From Methanotrichaceae archaeon (lineage in GTDB: Archaea; Halobacteriota; Methanosarcinia; Methanotrichales; Methanotrichaceae): a DNA stretch of 64,000 nucleotides. The stretch covers positions 1-64,000 of the forward strand of contig CAVVKN010000013.1 of the NCBI GenBank assembly GCA_963748825.1, in the 5' to 3' direction. Positions 20,277 through 29,953 of the stretch are shown here, piece after piece (positions within the stretch are counted from its first letter, which is position 1; each line of letters starts with the position of its first letter). The translations under genes and the position numbers were made by a program. Below the pieces are notes generated by a model. That model saw only the letters and a list, made by a program, of their open reading frames with translations. It had not been told where the DNA came from and did not search any database.

Positions 20277-20903
20277 ATGTCCCTGGTCATCGCACTGGCA
20301 GCCAGCCGGGAGGCAGTAATTGGAGCCGACCGGCGGGCCATCGCTTTCTTGGGCCCTTGCCCCGAGCTGGAAGAGGAGCTGTACTCCGGGCAGATCAAAA
20401 ATGATCGGGAGCTGGCAGATAGAGCCAGAGAGCTTGGTGCCTCCTTGCAAGTTTCTGACGGCAGGGAAAAGGTCTGGAGGCGCGGAGATCTGCTGGTTGG
20501 AGAGGTCACAGAGATCTCAGCCAAGCTCTCCCGGCGCAGGAGAATTTACCTCGTACCCGGAGCAAGCCTGCAGGTGGACATCATAAGCGAGGGGGAAACA
20601 GGCACAGAGGGCGCAGGCGGCGAGGCGAGGATCAGATCCTGGAACGGCGTGGGGTGCACAGTCTTTGGCAACCGTTTCACACAGAAGCTGGCCTACGAAG
20701 AGGTGGGTCGGGCGGGGGGAAGGGTAAGCGAGGCTCTCATCAAGAGCATACTGGAAAAAGCAGGAAATGAGACTGCCTCGGTGAGCCGGAAGAACACTGT
20801 TTTGCGAAGCGATTCCAGGCAGTCCGATCCCAAGGCTGCTCTCCTGGTAGCTTTAGAAGAGGACTGCAAAGAGAGCAGCTGGAGGCTATGCGCTCCGCAG
20901 TGA
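20277..20903 (+). CDS. DUF2121 / connectase-like (MJ0548) Ntn-fold protein
   Basis: N-terminal MSLVIA...GADRR.I.F.G...LEEELYSG.IK.D.EL; Ser2 as putative nucleophile. Confidence 0.82.
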   Translation: MSLVIALAASREAVIGADRRAIAFLGPCPELEEELYSGQIKNDRELADRARELGASLQVSDGREKVWRRGDLLVGEVTEISAKLSRRRRIYLVPGASLQVDIISEGETGTEGAGGEARIRSWNGVGCTVFGNRFTQKLAYEEVGRAGGRVSEALIKSILEKAGNETASVSRKNTVLRSDSRQSDPKAALLVALEEDCKESSWRLCAPQ

Positions 20904-21574
20904 TCCTGGCAGGCGGAAACAGCCGCCGCCTGGGCGCAGAAAAGTCGCTCCTGGAGTTTGAGGGAAAACCGCTCATCTGCTGGACGGTAGAGAAGCTCTC
21001 CCGGGCGGCGGATGAAGTAGTAGTAGTGGCCCGTAATGAAGCACATGCCGGGCGCCTGGAAAAGATAATCTCGGATTTTGCTCTCCAGCCTGAGCCAAAA
21101 GTCACCTTCACCTGGGATAGTGTGGCGGGATTTGGGCCGGTGGCTGGTCTCTCTGCCGGGATGAAGCGGGCGTATGGGCACTTTGCCTTCGCCACGGGAT
21201 GCGATTTGCCTTTTTTGAACCCTCTGGTTATCGAGAGGCTCTTCGAGCTGGCCGACGAAGAGGACTATGAGGCGGCAGTCCCCGTGCAACCTAATGGGTT
21301 TTTTGAGCCACTTCATTCCGTTTACCACCGGGGGAAGATGCTACTCGCCTGCGAGAGGGCTATTGAAAAGTGTGAGCGCAGAATTCATGCACCTCTACAA
21401 GAGTTATGCGTCAATCGCATCTGTGTGGACCTGCTGCGCCCCCTGGATCCCGATCTTCTCACCTTCTTTAATCTGAATACCAGAGAGGATCTGGAAAGGG
21501 CTAGAGCACTATGGCCGGATTGCAGGAAGCACCTTAATCTTGCTAAATGCAGTGCTTCAGATGTAGTGCTTTAA
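20888..21574 (+). CDS. mobA: Molybdenum cofactor guanylyltransferase
   Basis: ILAGGNSRRLG.EK, GPVAGL, CDLPF, EPLHSVY, FFNLNT. Confidence 0.92.
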   Translation: MRSAVILAGGNSRRLGAEKSLLEFEGKPLICWTVEKLSRAADEVVVVARNEAHAGRLEKIISDFALQPEPKVTFTWDSVAGFGPVAGLSAGMKRAYGHFAFATGCDLPFLNPLVIERLFELADEEDYEAAVPVQPNGFFEPLHSVYHRGKMLLACERAIEKCERRIHAPLQELCVNRICVDLLRPLDPDLLTFFNLNTREDLERARALWPDCRKHLNLAKCSASDVVL

Positions 21575-21739
21575 GATCTGATAAATCGTGTAAACTACCA
21601 CTACGAAGAGCACAATGCGCATCAGCCACCAGAAGGTGTTCCAGAGAAGCACCGCCGTTAAAACGGCCAGCAATATCAGGACCAGATTCTTCTCGCGGCT
21701 TAAGGCAGGGCGCGGCAGGCTAAAATTACGCCTATGCAT
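21557..21739 (-). CDS. Small two-TM membrane protein
   Basis: 60-aa ATG ORF with two hydrophobic segments. Confidence 0.6.
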   Translation of the reverse strand: MHRRNFSLPRPALSREKNLVLILLAVLTAVLLWNTFWWLMRIVLFVVVVYTIYQILKHYI

Positions 21740-22092
21740 GACAGGTCATCAACAACGGTAGTATTAATTGTTTTTCCTATGAACCTATGAACCAAAGGTG
21801 TCTGTTTGGACCTTGATTTTATCCTTTGGAGCTAATTTTGAGAATTATTGAGAAAAGTATGAATCATACTTAATGAGATATCCAAACTTCATTGATGTCA
21901 GGGTGCCTTTCCATCCTTGGGTCCTTTTGCACCCTGTGCCTACGATCGAAGGGGCAGCCAGGACCGGAATTCGACGAGCCTTCTCTCCATCCGTTATAAC
22001 CGGAGCATGCCACGTGTTGAGGAAAAAATAGAATAGCAGTCTGCAAAAAGCCTGCTGCTAAATTGTATGGCAAAAAAAGATCGTACGACGCA

Positions 22093-23094
22093 TCACAGGG
22101 TAAACCTGTACGATGCGCCGCTCAAGAAAGTGCCTGTCTCAGGATAGCTCTGTCCGTTCTTTGTTATCACTATGGTATGCCACATGTTGCCTGGCACCCG
22201 GAAGCTGTATGCTCCGTCAAGAATGTCGGATCCTTTCCCCTCGGTTCCTATGTACTTTCCATCCAGGTAAACATCATACCCTTTAAGCCAGCTTGACTTC
22301 ATGGTCACGGAGGATGTCCCCGAGTAGGATGTTGTGCTCGTGGATGTTGACCCTGCATATGGCCCGAGATCGGTCCAGCGGCCCGGGCTTTGGCCGTAAA
22401 CATATATGTAAATGTAGTTGCTCCAGCCTCGAGAGTGGAACTGTAGTATGTGCCAGCCAGGAGTATCTCCGTTAAACCATTTCTTCTGCCAGCCTCCTGA
22501 AGCATACCCTAGATAATTGACGTTGAGCTGACCGCTCGGATACCACTCATAAAACCATATGGGGCCCGAGCCGGAGGTCTGCAGCCACATGGGCAACCAG
22601 CCGTAAAGCCGGCAGCCGGCAACCGTCTGAGGAACATAAGATACGTAAAGCTTGTTGGTCGTTGTAGCCCCTTGAGGAATAACCATCATGGACTGAGAGG
22701 GATTGCTTACAGAGTACTGGGCCTTCTGGACATCGCCTGTGACCTGCCCACCTGTGTACTGCATTGCAAAAGCCGCTTCGTTTGAATTAGCCGGGCTGGC
22801 TGCATAGGCTGCATCGGCTGGGATCAAGGCCCTGCTGGTCTCTGCGGCGGGCGGAGCCTGAGTATAAGTGGCTGACTCAGATGGTATCTGCAGGCCGAGT
22901 TCTTGCGGGCTGTCTGGTGCCACAGGAACCGGAGCCCCGGAAGGTACGGTCGATGAGTATTGATCTGATGGGTAAGCTTCATTCACGTATTGACTATCCG
23001 TGTAGGTCTGACCAAAGTCCGGCTGACCTTGTGCAGATATCGTCATAAGTAGCATCAAAATGGCTATTTTGACCAGAAAATCAGTCTTAATCAT
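22093..23094 (-). CDS. Secreted hypothetical protein with PEGA-like C-terminal domain
   Basis: GAGGCG SD; signal peptide ending ISA followed by Q; YDVYLDGKYIG. Confidence 0.75.
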   Translation of the reverse strand: MIKTDFLVKIAILMLLMTISAQGQPDFGQTYTDSQYVNEAYPSDQYSSTVPSGAPVPVAPDSPQELGLQIPSESATYTQAPPAAETSRALIPADAAYAASPANSNEAAFAMQYTGGQVTGDVQKAQYSVSNPSQSMMVIPQGATTTNKLYVSYVPQTVAGCRLYGWLPMWLQTSGSGPIWFYEWYPSGQLNVNYLGYASGGWQKKWFNGDTPGWHILQFHSRGWSNYIYIYVYGQSPGRWTDLGPYAGSTSTSTTSYSGTSSVTMKSSWLKGYDVYLDGKYIGTEGKGSDILDGAYSFRVPGNMWHTIVITKNGQSYPETGTFLSGASYRFTL

Positions 23095-23307
23095 GTCTTA
23101 TCGCCTCGATTTCTGATTTTATTCTTCACCTTGCAACCAGTCAGTGACCGGCTGAGGTAGATTATCAATCTAGATATTCTTTATAATGTAAAAAACTATG
23201 TTTTATATGACTCTCATGAAAGCAGCTGTGAGGCGCACCGCCTAACCAAAAAACGGCGGGAAAAGCGCGCCCCCAGACCTGCTGAATCGATTTCTGTACT
23301 AATTTTT

Positions 23308-24891
23308 TTAAAGCTCCACCATCTTGGCGCTGGTTACTCCCGGCACAGCACATAGCTTCTTCATTATCTCGTCGGATGCCATCTGATCCACGCTCAGCAC
23401 CATGAGCTGGGGCCTCCCTTCCGCTATGCGGCCTACATGCATTCCGCCGATGTTGATCTTGCCTTCACCCAGAACCACGCAGCACGGACCGATGATGTTG
23501 GGCCGGTCCTCGATGATGGCTATCACCATATCTCCCTCAGAGGGAATGTAAGTATGGTATTCATTGAGCTGAACGATGCGCTTCTCCTTGTTTCCGGAAA
23601 CCGTGCCCTGCACGACGGTCGCCGTACCGTTCTTGGTCAGCTTCAGGGTAATGGCATTGCTGTATCCGTTAGCAGATTCTGTCTTGCTCTCCAGGAGCTT
23701 GACGCCCATCTCCTTGAGTGTCCTCTGGGCATTGACAAAGTTGACGGAGCCGTCGCCCATGAGGCAGCCGAGCAGACCTATGATGGCAGATATGGTCACT
23801 GGCCTGGTGTCCTTCTCGGCCAGTGTTCCGCTGAAAATCAGCTCCAATGTCTCAAAGCCTGTTCCCACAAGCTGCCCAAGCAAAGCGCCCATCTTCTCGG
23901 CCAGCATCATGAAGGGCTCCATGACGGCGAGGGTCTCAGGTGAGATGGCCGGCATGTTGATGGCATTGGTGGGTAGACCCCCTCTGGCGATGGCCAGGAT
24001 CTGATCGGCCACAGCCAGGGCCACATTGACCTGCGCCTCGGCGGTCGAGGCTCCCAGGTGAGGTGTGACTATGATCTTCTCTTGATCCAGCATAGGATTT
24101 CCGGTGGGCGGCTCCTTGGTAAAGACATCTATGGCAGCTCCTGCCACCTTTCCATCCGCTACGGCTTTGGCCAGAGCAGCCTCATTGATGATCCCGCCCC
24201 GGGCACAGTTGACAATACGCACGCCGGGCTTCATGATATTGAACTCGTCCTCGTCGATGAGGTTTCTCGTCTCATTGGTTAGGGGCGTATGCACGGTGAT
24301 GAAGTCGCCGCCGCGAAGCACCGTTTCCAGATCGCCCAGGGTGATGCCCATCTCCGTGGCCCTCTCTTGCGTGACAAAGGGATCGTAAGCCAGAATTTGC
24401 ATGCCGAAGGACTTCATGCGCGCCGCTACCTCGGCGCCAACCCGACCGAGACCCACCACACCTAACGTCTTGTTGAAGAACTCTACGCCGGTGTATTTCT
24501 TGCGGTTCCACTCACCCTTGTGCAGTGCTGCATTGGCCTGGGGGATGTTTCTGGCTAAGGCCAGCATCATGGCAATTGTGTGCTCGGCAGCAGAAATGGT
24601 GTTTCCGCCTGGTGTATTGAGCACGATGATGCCCCTTTTCGTGGCGGCCTCTACATCCACATTATCTATGCCAACTCCCGCTCTGCCGATGACCTTGAGC
24701 CGGTCTGCGGCTTTTATGACATCGGCGGTGACCTTGGTTCCACTGCGGATGACCAGGGCATCGTAATCCTTTATTTTCTCAATAAGCTCCTCGGGGGAGA
24801 GGTTGGTGATGACATCAACGTCGGCTCCCGACGAAAGCCTCTTTACGCCTTCTTCGGCTAATGAATCACTGACAAGAACCTTCATGAGCAT
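23308..24891 (-). CDS. serA: D-3-phosphoglycerate dehydrogenase
   Basis: RAGVGIDN, GLGRVG, NCARGG, TPHLGAST, C-terminal ACT domain; start probably 24891 or 24885. Confidence 0.96.
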   Translation of the reverse strand: MLMKVLVSDSLAEEGVKRLSSGADVDVITNLSPEELIEKIKDYDALVIRSGTKVTADVIKAADRLKVIGRAGVGIDNVDVEAATKRGIIVLNTPGGNTISAAEHTIAMMLALARNIPQANAALHKGEWNRKKYTGVEFFNKTLGVVGLGRVGAEVAARMKSFGMQILAYDPFVTQERATEMGITLGDLETVLRGGDFITVHTPLTNETRNLIDEDEFNIMKPGVRIVNCARGGIINEAALAKAVADGKVAGAAIDVFTKEPPTGNPMLDQEKIIVTPHLGASTAEAQVNVALAVADQILAIARGGLPTNAINMPAISPETLAVMEPFMMLAEKMGALLGQLVGTGFETLELIFSGTLAEKDTRPVTISAIIGLLGCLMGDGSVNFVNAQRTLKEMGVKLLESKTESANGYSNAITLKLTKNGTATVVQGTVSGNKEKRIVQLNEYHTYIPSEGDMVIAIIEDRPNIIGPCCVVLGEGKINIGGMHVGRIAEGRPQLMVLSVDQMASDEIMKKLCAVPGVTSAKMVEL

Positions 24892-25021
24892 TCCTTCTGG
24901 ACGGCTAACGATGTACAAGGATTTGATTCTTTCGAGAGCAAGACGAAAAGTACGCTATTTATATAAACTATTATATAATATCTACTAGATGGTTTCTGGA
25001 ATTGCGGAGTTGATAAGAGAG

Positions 25022-25480
25022 CTAGCTGCAGGGCAGCCAATTTAGACTTACGGAATCGAGTGTGCTGTTGGACCAGAGCTGGATGAACTTTTCGATGTTG
25101 AATATGCCCGTCAGATCCTCAGTGGCGCGGCTGTAGGTGGCATGGCGGCCCATGTAGTCCGGCATCATGTCTTTGGACTGCCAGGCGATGTGGGCCTTTC
25201 CGATGATATTGGAATTAATATTGACCTCCAAGGAGGCATTGCCCCGCGTGTAGTCCTTTTCGTTATTGGATGTGTTGAAGGAGCGGCTGACAACTTGCGT
25301 CTCCTTGTCCAGGTGCTCGAAATCCCTGTAGGACTCGGTGACGCTCGCGCCGGCATCGTAGTTCTTGACACAAAGAGTATCTTCGGTCTTGACATTGCCC
25401 ATGGCCTGGTAGAATGACGCTGGCATATCAGCGAAAGCTAAGCTGATTAGAAGAAAAATAGACAGCGAGATAAGCATCAT
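25022..25480 (-). CDS. Secreted hypothetical protein
   Basis: Signal peptide MMLISLSIFLLISLAFA; start uncertain (ORF open to 25600). Confidence 0.65.
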   Translation of the reverse strand: MMLISLSIFLLISLAFADMPASFYQAMGNVKTEDTLCVKNYDAGASVTESYRDFEHLDKETQVVSRSFNTSNNEKDYTRGNASLEVNINSNIIGKAHIAWQSKDMMPDYMGRHATYSRATEDLTGIFNIEKFIQLWSNSTLDSVSLNWLPCS

Positions 25481-25640
25481 TCTAAGCGCCCGCATCGGCT
25501 GGTTGATTGCACAGCTTCTATTTAAGGCGTTGGGCAACATTTGGGTGGCAAGCCGTGATACTACTATCGCCGCATAATGGTTATGATTGAAAATATACAC
25601 CTAAAGTATTTATTGCTTTAGATCTATGCAATAAAGACAC

Positions 25641-25979
25641 ATGAAAGCATTTGTTCAGTTCCCGCTTGAATAATGTGGATCAATTTTTTTGGAAGTAGAT
25701 ATGCCTGAGTCAGAGGGAATGCTGATCAAGGTGGCAAGTTCCAGGGATCTGACTGCAAAAGCTACCGCGAGCTTTGAGAATGCTGTGGGCAGCATCAATT
25801 CGCTGGCCAATGCAGTGGTATCCAAGCTGCAAAACCACAATTACCCGCCGGGATGAGATCAGAGCTATGTTTGGCATGAGCTTCAAAGCGGATGGCACGC
25901 CATTCTCACCCGAGTAGGAGCTGACGCCAACTTTGAAATGAGCTTGAATTGGAAACGTGAAAAGCCTCAAGAAAAATGA
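25641..25979 (+). pseudogene. Trypco1 (CU044_2847-like) trypsin-co-occurring domain, pseudogene
   Basis: Hand translation MKAFVQFPLE*..EVDMPE...SFENAVGSI...PPDEIRAMFGMSF...ANFEMSLNWK, with a stop and frameshifts. Confidence 0.7.
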
Positions 25980-26400
25980 ACACAGATCTGGCTTCCAGTA
26001 TCGTAAGAATTCTCCGCTCTGATAAAGGGACGGCAGGAACCGGATTCGTGTTAGCCGACGGCTTGGTCGTCACCGGCGCTCATGTAATTCCGCCGCGGCG
26101 CAGCCCATAGAAGGAAGAGCTGAATAAGATGCGGATCTGGTCTTTCGGGCCAACGGCCAGGTCACCGTTGCCGAGGTTGTGGCCGAATGGTGACGTCCAG
26201 CGGACAGCGGCGATGTGGCTTTTCTCAGGCTGAAAAAGCCTCTTCCCCAGGGGTTTACCCTCTCCCCTTGGGCTCCTCTCATGGAACAGGAAATCATGCC
26301 TTCCAGACCTTCGGTTTTCCTTCGGCCAGCCTGGAGGGGGCATCTGGGGAGAGGGCCACATTCTCGGATGTGCAGCCTATCTGGGACTGGCCGCTTTCGG
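25976..26400 (+). pseudogene. Trypsin-like serine protease, truncated pseudogene
   Basis: ATGA overlap with Trypco1; SIVRI...GTGFV...VTGAHV (His motif), DVAFLRL (Asp motif), FGFP; no catalytic Ser motif; several stops. Confidence 0.72.
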
Positions 26401-26644
26401 CGAGGCGGATGCTGAGTTCTTCTTCGGGCGAAGGCGAGATGTTGAAAGCTCTGCTGCAAAGAGTGATTGCAGGATGCAGTTTGAAGTCCATAAGATCTTT
26501 TCTCACCCAGGGAGGGATGAGTTCGAGGAATGCGCGGAGCGAATGTGAGTTAAAGCTAATTTTTAAGAAATTTATAAAATAAGATGCTCGCACCGAAAAC
26601 TAGATATTCTATAACGATTAAACATTTAGTTGGCCACATTCTGT

Positions 26645-26918
26645 GCTGATGGGGCGTAGACAGGCTGACCGAATCGTAGCTCTCAGTGGCTAAGACAGTC
26701 CCCGAGGAAGCTTATCCTACGGGGATAAGCGATCGAGGAGAAAATAGGGCCAGAGGGGTGCCGCCTTTGAAGGGGCGTGCATTTCGGCAAAGCACCGGAT
26801 TGGCTGCTAGATATTCGGCCGGAGAATTACACGCCGTTAAGGGCGTAGTATGCCGACTTTCAGCCCATGATCCGAGGTCTACGAACAAGACAGGATGCGG
26901 CATAAATCGCTTTTTTTT
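26645..26918 (+). ncRNA. Candidate ~270-nt multibranched structured RNA of unknown family
   Basis: Nested helices 26655-61/26877-83, 26663-68/26860-65, 26669-74/26813-18, 26696-701/26797-802, 26757-61/26792-96; hairpin 26710-30; T8 tract at 26911. Confidence 0.5.
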
Positions 26919-27062
26919 CTCTACAATCATAAAACCACTCAATTTATCGAAGATCCAAAAGACTCTATCATTCAGTATAGAATGCTAATTAGAATAGTAT
27001 TTTACTTCGTCTATAGACTTAAAGCGAAAAGTATATATTCGTTAATAGTCGTATATACGCTT

Positions 27063-27165
27063 GGCAAAAGTTGAGCTATTCTTCTCCCTCCTTTAATCTC
27101 GACTTTTGCCCACCCTCCTTCACTCGCGTGAACTCTGTTTTACCTTTACGACGCGCTCAATTTTT
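27063..27165 (+). ncRNA. Candidate ~100-nt sRNA with anti-Shine-Dalgarno motifs
   Basis: BRE/TATA-like GAAAAGTATATAT 27026-38; 13-bp stem 27063-75/27098-110; CCCTCCTT twice; T-tract 27161. Confidence 0.5.
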
Positions 27166-27590
27166 GTAGAATAGTTTAAATATAATAATAACTTAATTCA
27201 TAAATATGGCCTAAAGAAACGCGCAAAAACCTTTATTTTCATATCCGGCAAGAACATCTTAGTCAATTATACATCTAAAAGTATTAGGATATATTAGTTT
27301 ATAATTTAAAATAAATATAAACGCTAAATGGACCACAGAAATTTTTTGCAAGTATTCCTGATTGCTTTTCTACGAGTATCGTATATTAGGGCGACAATTG
27401 TTATCGAAATCTAAATTGTATACAAAAAGTATTAATTTATAATGTCTCATGATTAGAAACTTAGATAAGTATAACTAGTATTGGAATTCATACTTAACCG
27501 ATTAAAAGTAACAGTTAGAGTTGCTCGTTTAGAAATATATCGTCGCGCATCTCAAAAAAAAAACGCACCCTACAAAAAGGGGGATTTGAA

Positions 27591-28547
27591 TTGGAATGGC
27601 TTACATTCGCATTCTTGGGAACGATCTTTTTCACTGTCGCAGGAGTACTGGATAAGCTTCTGCTCAGCAGCTACACAGACGATTCCAATGCGTACATCGT
27701 ATGCCAGGTATTAGCTTCGCAGCTCTTTACCATCCCCGTATTTTTGATAGTAGGCGCCAACTTCGTATACCCGCAATCCCTCATTGCTCTGCTCTTCGGA
27801 AGCTTGCAGGTATTTCCATCTTTCTTTTACATGAAGGCCCTACAGATCGAGGAAACATCTAAAGTAACTGCCCTGGAATACGTGTATCCTTTATTTGTAT
27901 TCATAGGCTCCGCCCTCCTTTTAGGAGAGGTGCTGGAGCTGAAACATTGCGTAGGGGGGCTTTTGCTTCTTGTTGGCACTCTGCTCATTTCCTACAAAAA
28001 AAAGGGATCTGATAGCAGTGGTTTATACAGTAACCGTTCGAATAGCAATAGCTTAAACAGCAAGTCATTTCTCTGTGCCCTATCTCCTGCGATCAAGCCA
28101 TTCCTGTCGTACTGGGTATTAACCGCCGTCTATTATCTATCTCTCAAGTATCTACTCATCTCCATCGATGAGTGGAACCTTTACCTCTGGTCATCCCTGG
28201 GCAGTCTGATGGTGGTCTTGCCCCTCATGGGCATCCGGTCTATCCGCAGCGAGGTAAAGAGCTTCTTTAGTAAAGGCGGCCTGGCCGTGGGAGCTTTGAT
28301 CTCAGAGGAGACCTTCCAATTCCTGGGGATCATCTTCTCCATCTTCGCTTATGCCATCGGATCTGTTACCCTGGTATCAAGCGTAGGAGCACTTCAGCCT
28401 ATCATGACTGTGCTCCTCATCCTGGGCCTTGGAATTCTTATGCCGAAGCTGGCAAAAGCGATGAACGAAAAAACGGATTGGAGTTCATTGAAACAGAAGG
28501 GAATTTCTTTCATGGTGGTAGCGATAGGAATATACTTTATAAGCTGA
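27591..28547 (+). CDS. EamA/DMT-family transporter
   Basis: About ten TM segments in two repeats; MEWL.FA, DK.LL, AL..EETSKV. Confidence 0.85.
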   Translation: MEWLTFAFLGTIFFTVAGVLDKLLLSSYTDDSNAYIVCQVLASQLFTIPVFLIVGANFVYPQSLIALLFGSLQVFPSFFYMKALQIEETSKVTALEYVYPLFVFIGSALLLGEVLELKHCVGGLLLLVGTLLISYKKKGSDSSGLYSNRSNSNSLNSKSFLCALSPAIKPFLSYWVLTAVYYLSLKYLLISIDEWNLYLWSSLGSLMVVLPLMGIRSIRSEVKSFFSKGGLAVGALISEETFQFLGIIFSIFAYAIGSVTLVSSVGALQPIMTVLLILGLGILMPKLAKAMNEKTDWSSLKQKGISFMVVAIGIYFIS

Positions 28548-28614
28548 CCCAGGCCTGACGGGACAGAAAGGCCGGCCAAAAGTGCAATCGCTATAAAGAC
28601 CCGGCAAGATGGCT

Positions 28615-29142
28615 TTAAAGCTCTCGCAAGGCATCTTGATAGCACTGGTAGGCTCTAGTGCTAAAGCAGACGGCGATGACCTCAATTCCGTCGCTCTTCT
28701 CCAGGAAAGCGCTCATCTCTCCAAGGGCAATGCGGCAGGCCCTCTCCATGGGAAAACCATAAACTCCGGCGCTGATGGCCGGGAAGGCTATGCTCTTTAT
28801 GCCGTGCTTTTCTGCCAGGGCAAAGGAGTTCCTGTAGCAGCAAGCCAATTGATCGTCCTCGCCGTTATTTCCGCCTCGCCAGATGGGCCCTACGGTATGA
28901 ATGATCCATCTTGCCGGAAGCCCGTAGCCTCCGGTGATGCAAGCCTCGCCCGTCGGGCAGCCACCGATGCGTCGGCATTCTTCCAGAAGCTGTGGGCCCG
29001 CAGCGCTGTGGATGGCACCGTCTACACCCCCGCCGCCCAGGAGAGAGTTGTTGGCAGCGTTGACGATGGCGTCAACCTTGAGCGTGGTAATATCTGCTCG
29101 TAAAATGGTTATTTTGCCTGGTTCTTTGGGATGTACGTCCAT
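28615..29142 (-). CDS. Macrodomain O-acetyl-ADP-ribose deacetylase / ADP-ribosylhydrolase (YmdB-like)
   Basis: [43 protein letters not shown]. Confidence 0.93.
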   Translation of the reverse strand: MDVHPKEPGKITILRADITTLKVDAIVNAANNSLLGGGGVDGAIHSAAGPQLLEECRRIGGCPTGEACITGGYGLPARWIIHTVGPIWRGGNNGEDDQLACCYRNSFALAEKHGIKSIAFPAISAGVYGFPMERACRIALGEMSAFLEKSDGIEVIAVCFSTRAYQCYQDALREL

Positions 29143-29306
29143 TTTTTGAACTTCCTTCTTGCAAAAGCCTTTTTTCTATATTCGAGATCCATGGATTCGT
29201 GATATCACAGCGCTCTGCAATCTCGACTGCAAGCTGCTTGAAGTTATCCCTCGCGTCAAATACTGCATTCTGATGCGATCCAATGGCCCCGTCGGCTGGC
29301 AAGAGG
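29143..29306 (-). pseudogene. 3' remnant of a second ParA-like gene
   Basis: LLPADGAIGSHQNAVF identical to the 29954-30958 protein; 29262-29305 matches 30039-30082 at 42/44 nt. Confidence 0.8.
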
Positions 29307-29825
29307 TCAGATGGGTCAACCAAGAACGATTCACGAGTCTCGATCGATTGCAAAACACCGCTTTTGCCTTTGATTCCTAAGTCGATGTCCAAGTTAGATA
29401 CGTCGGCCACATACCTCACGAGGGACTCTGATTTATGGATATTGAGGTTGTCGGCTACAAAGTGCCAGCGGGATGCGGATAAAGAGCTTTCAACCACCTT
29501 CTTGATATGCGATACGAAGTCATCCTCATTGCGCGTATCGCCGCAAGAAATGGTGTCAACCCTTCCGCTGGCTACCGCAAAGCTCACGATGAATGATTGA
29601 GTTCCATGCCTGATGTATTCAAACTCTCTTCTTTCCACTTTTCCTGGTGCCATTGGCAATCCAGGGTGTTTGCGTTCGAGAGCTTGCACCCCTGCATTTC
29701 ATCGATGCTCATTACAACTTCACCTTTTTGAGCCAAATTCTGCGCTTGTTGATACAATGAATTGATGTCGTCTACCTTTTCGTCGAACCGTTCGTCCGGT
29801 GCAGGTGTTAGCCAGTAACGATCAG
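29307..29825 (-). mobile_element. IS630-family transposase internal fragment
   Basis: RYWL, SIDE, QALER, EFEYIRHGT, DNLNIH; frameshift near 29695; both ends missing. Confidence 0.85.
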
Positions 29826-29953
29826 TGACATCGTTATTGTTGACTGATGGTTTCGGACCCGGCATTGATACTCCCCTGTTGCAGAGTATCTATCAATGAT
29901 TATATATAAAACATTATACGTTGGTTTATATCAGCCCAGCTGTACTAGTGCGA

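Noticed and set aside
21870-22080. Short ORFs and an 8-bp stem (CAGGGTGC/GCACCCTG) in the spacer
   Set aside because: No recognisable protein motif, and a single short stem can arise by chance.
26645-26918. Assignment as RNase P, SRP, hammerhead, H/ACA, raiA or HEARO/omega RNA
   Set aside because: Only short partial resemblances (GAGGAAG, CTGATG, ACA after the closing stem, reverse-strand GCTGAAAGTCG); the required core consensus elements are missing.
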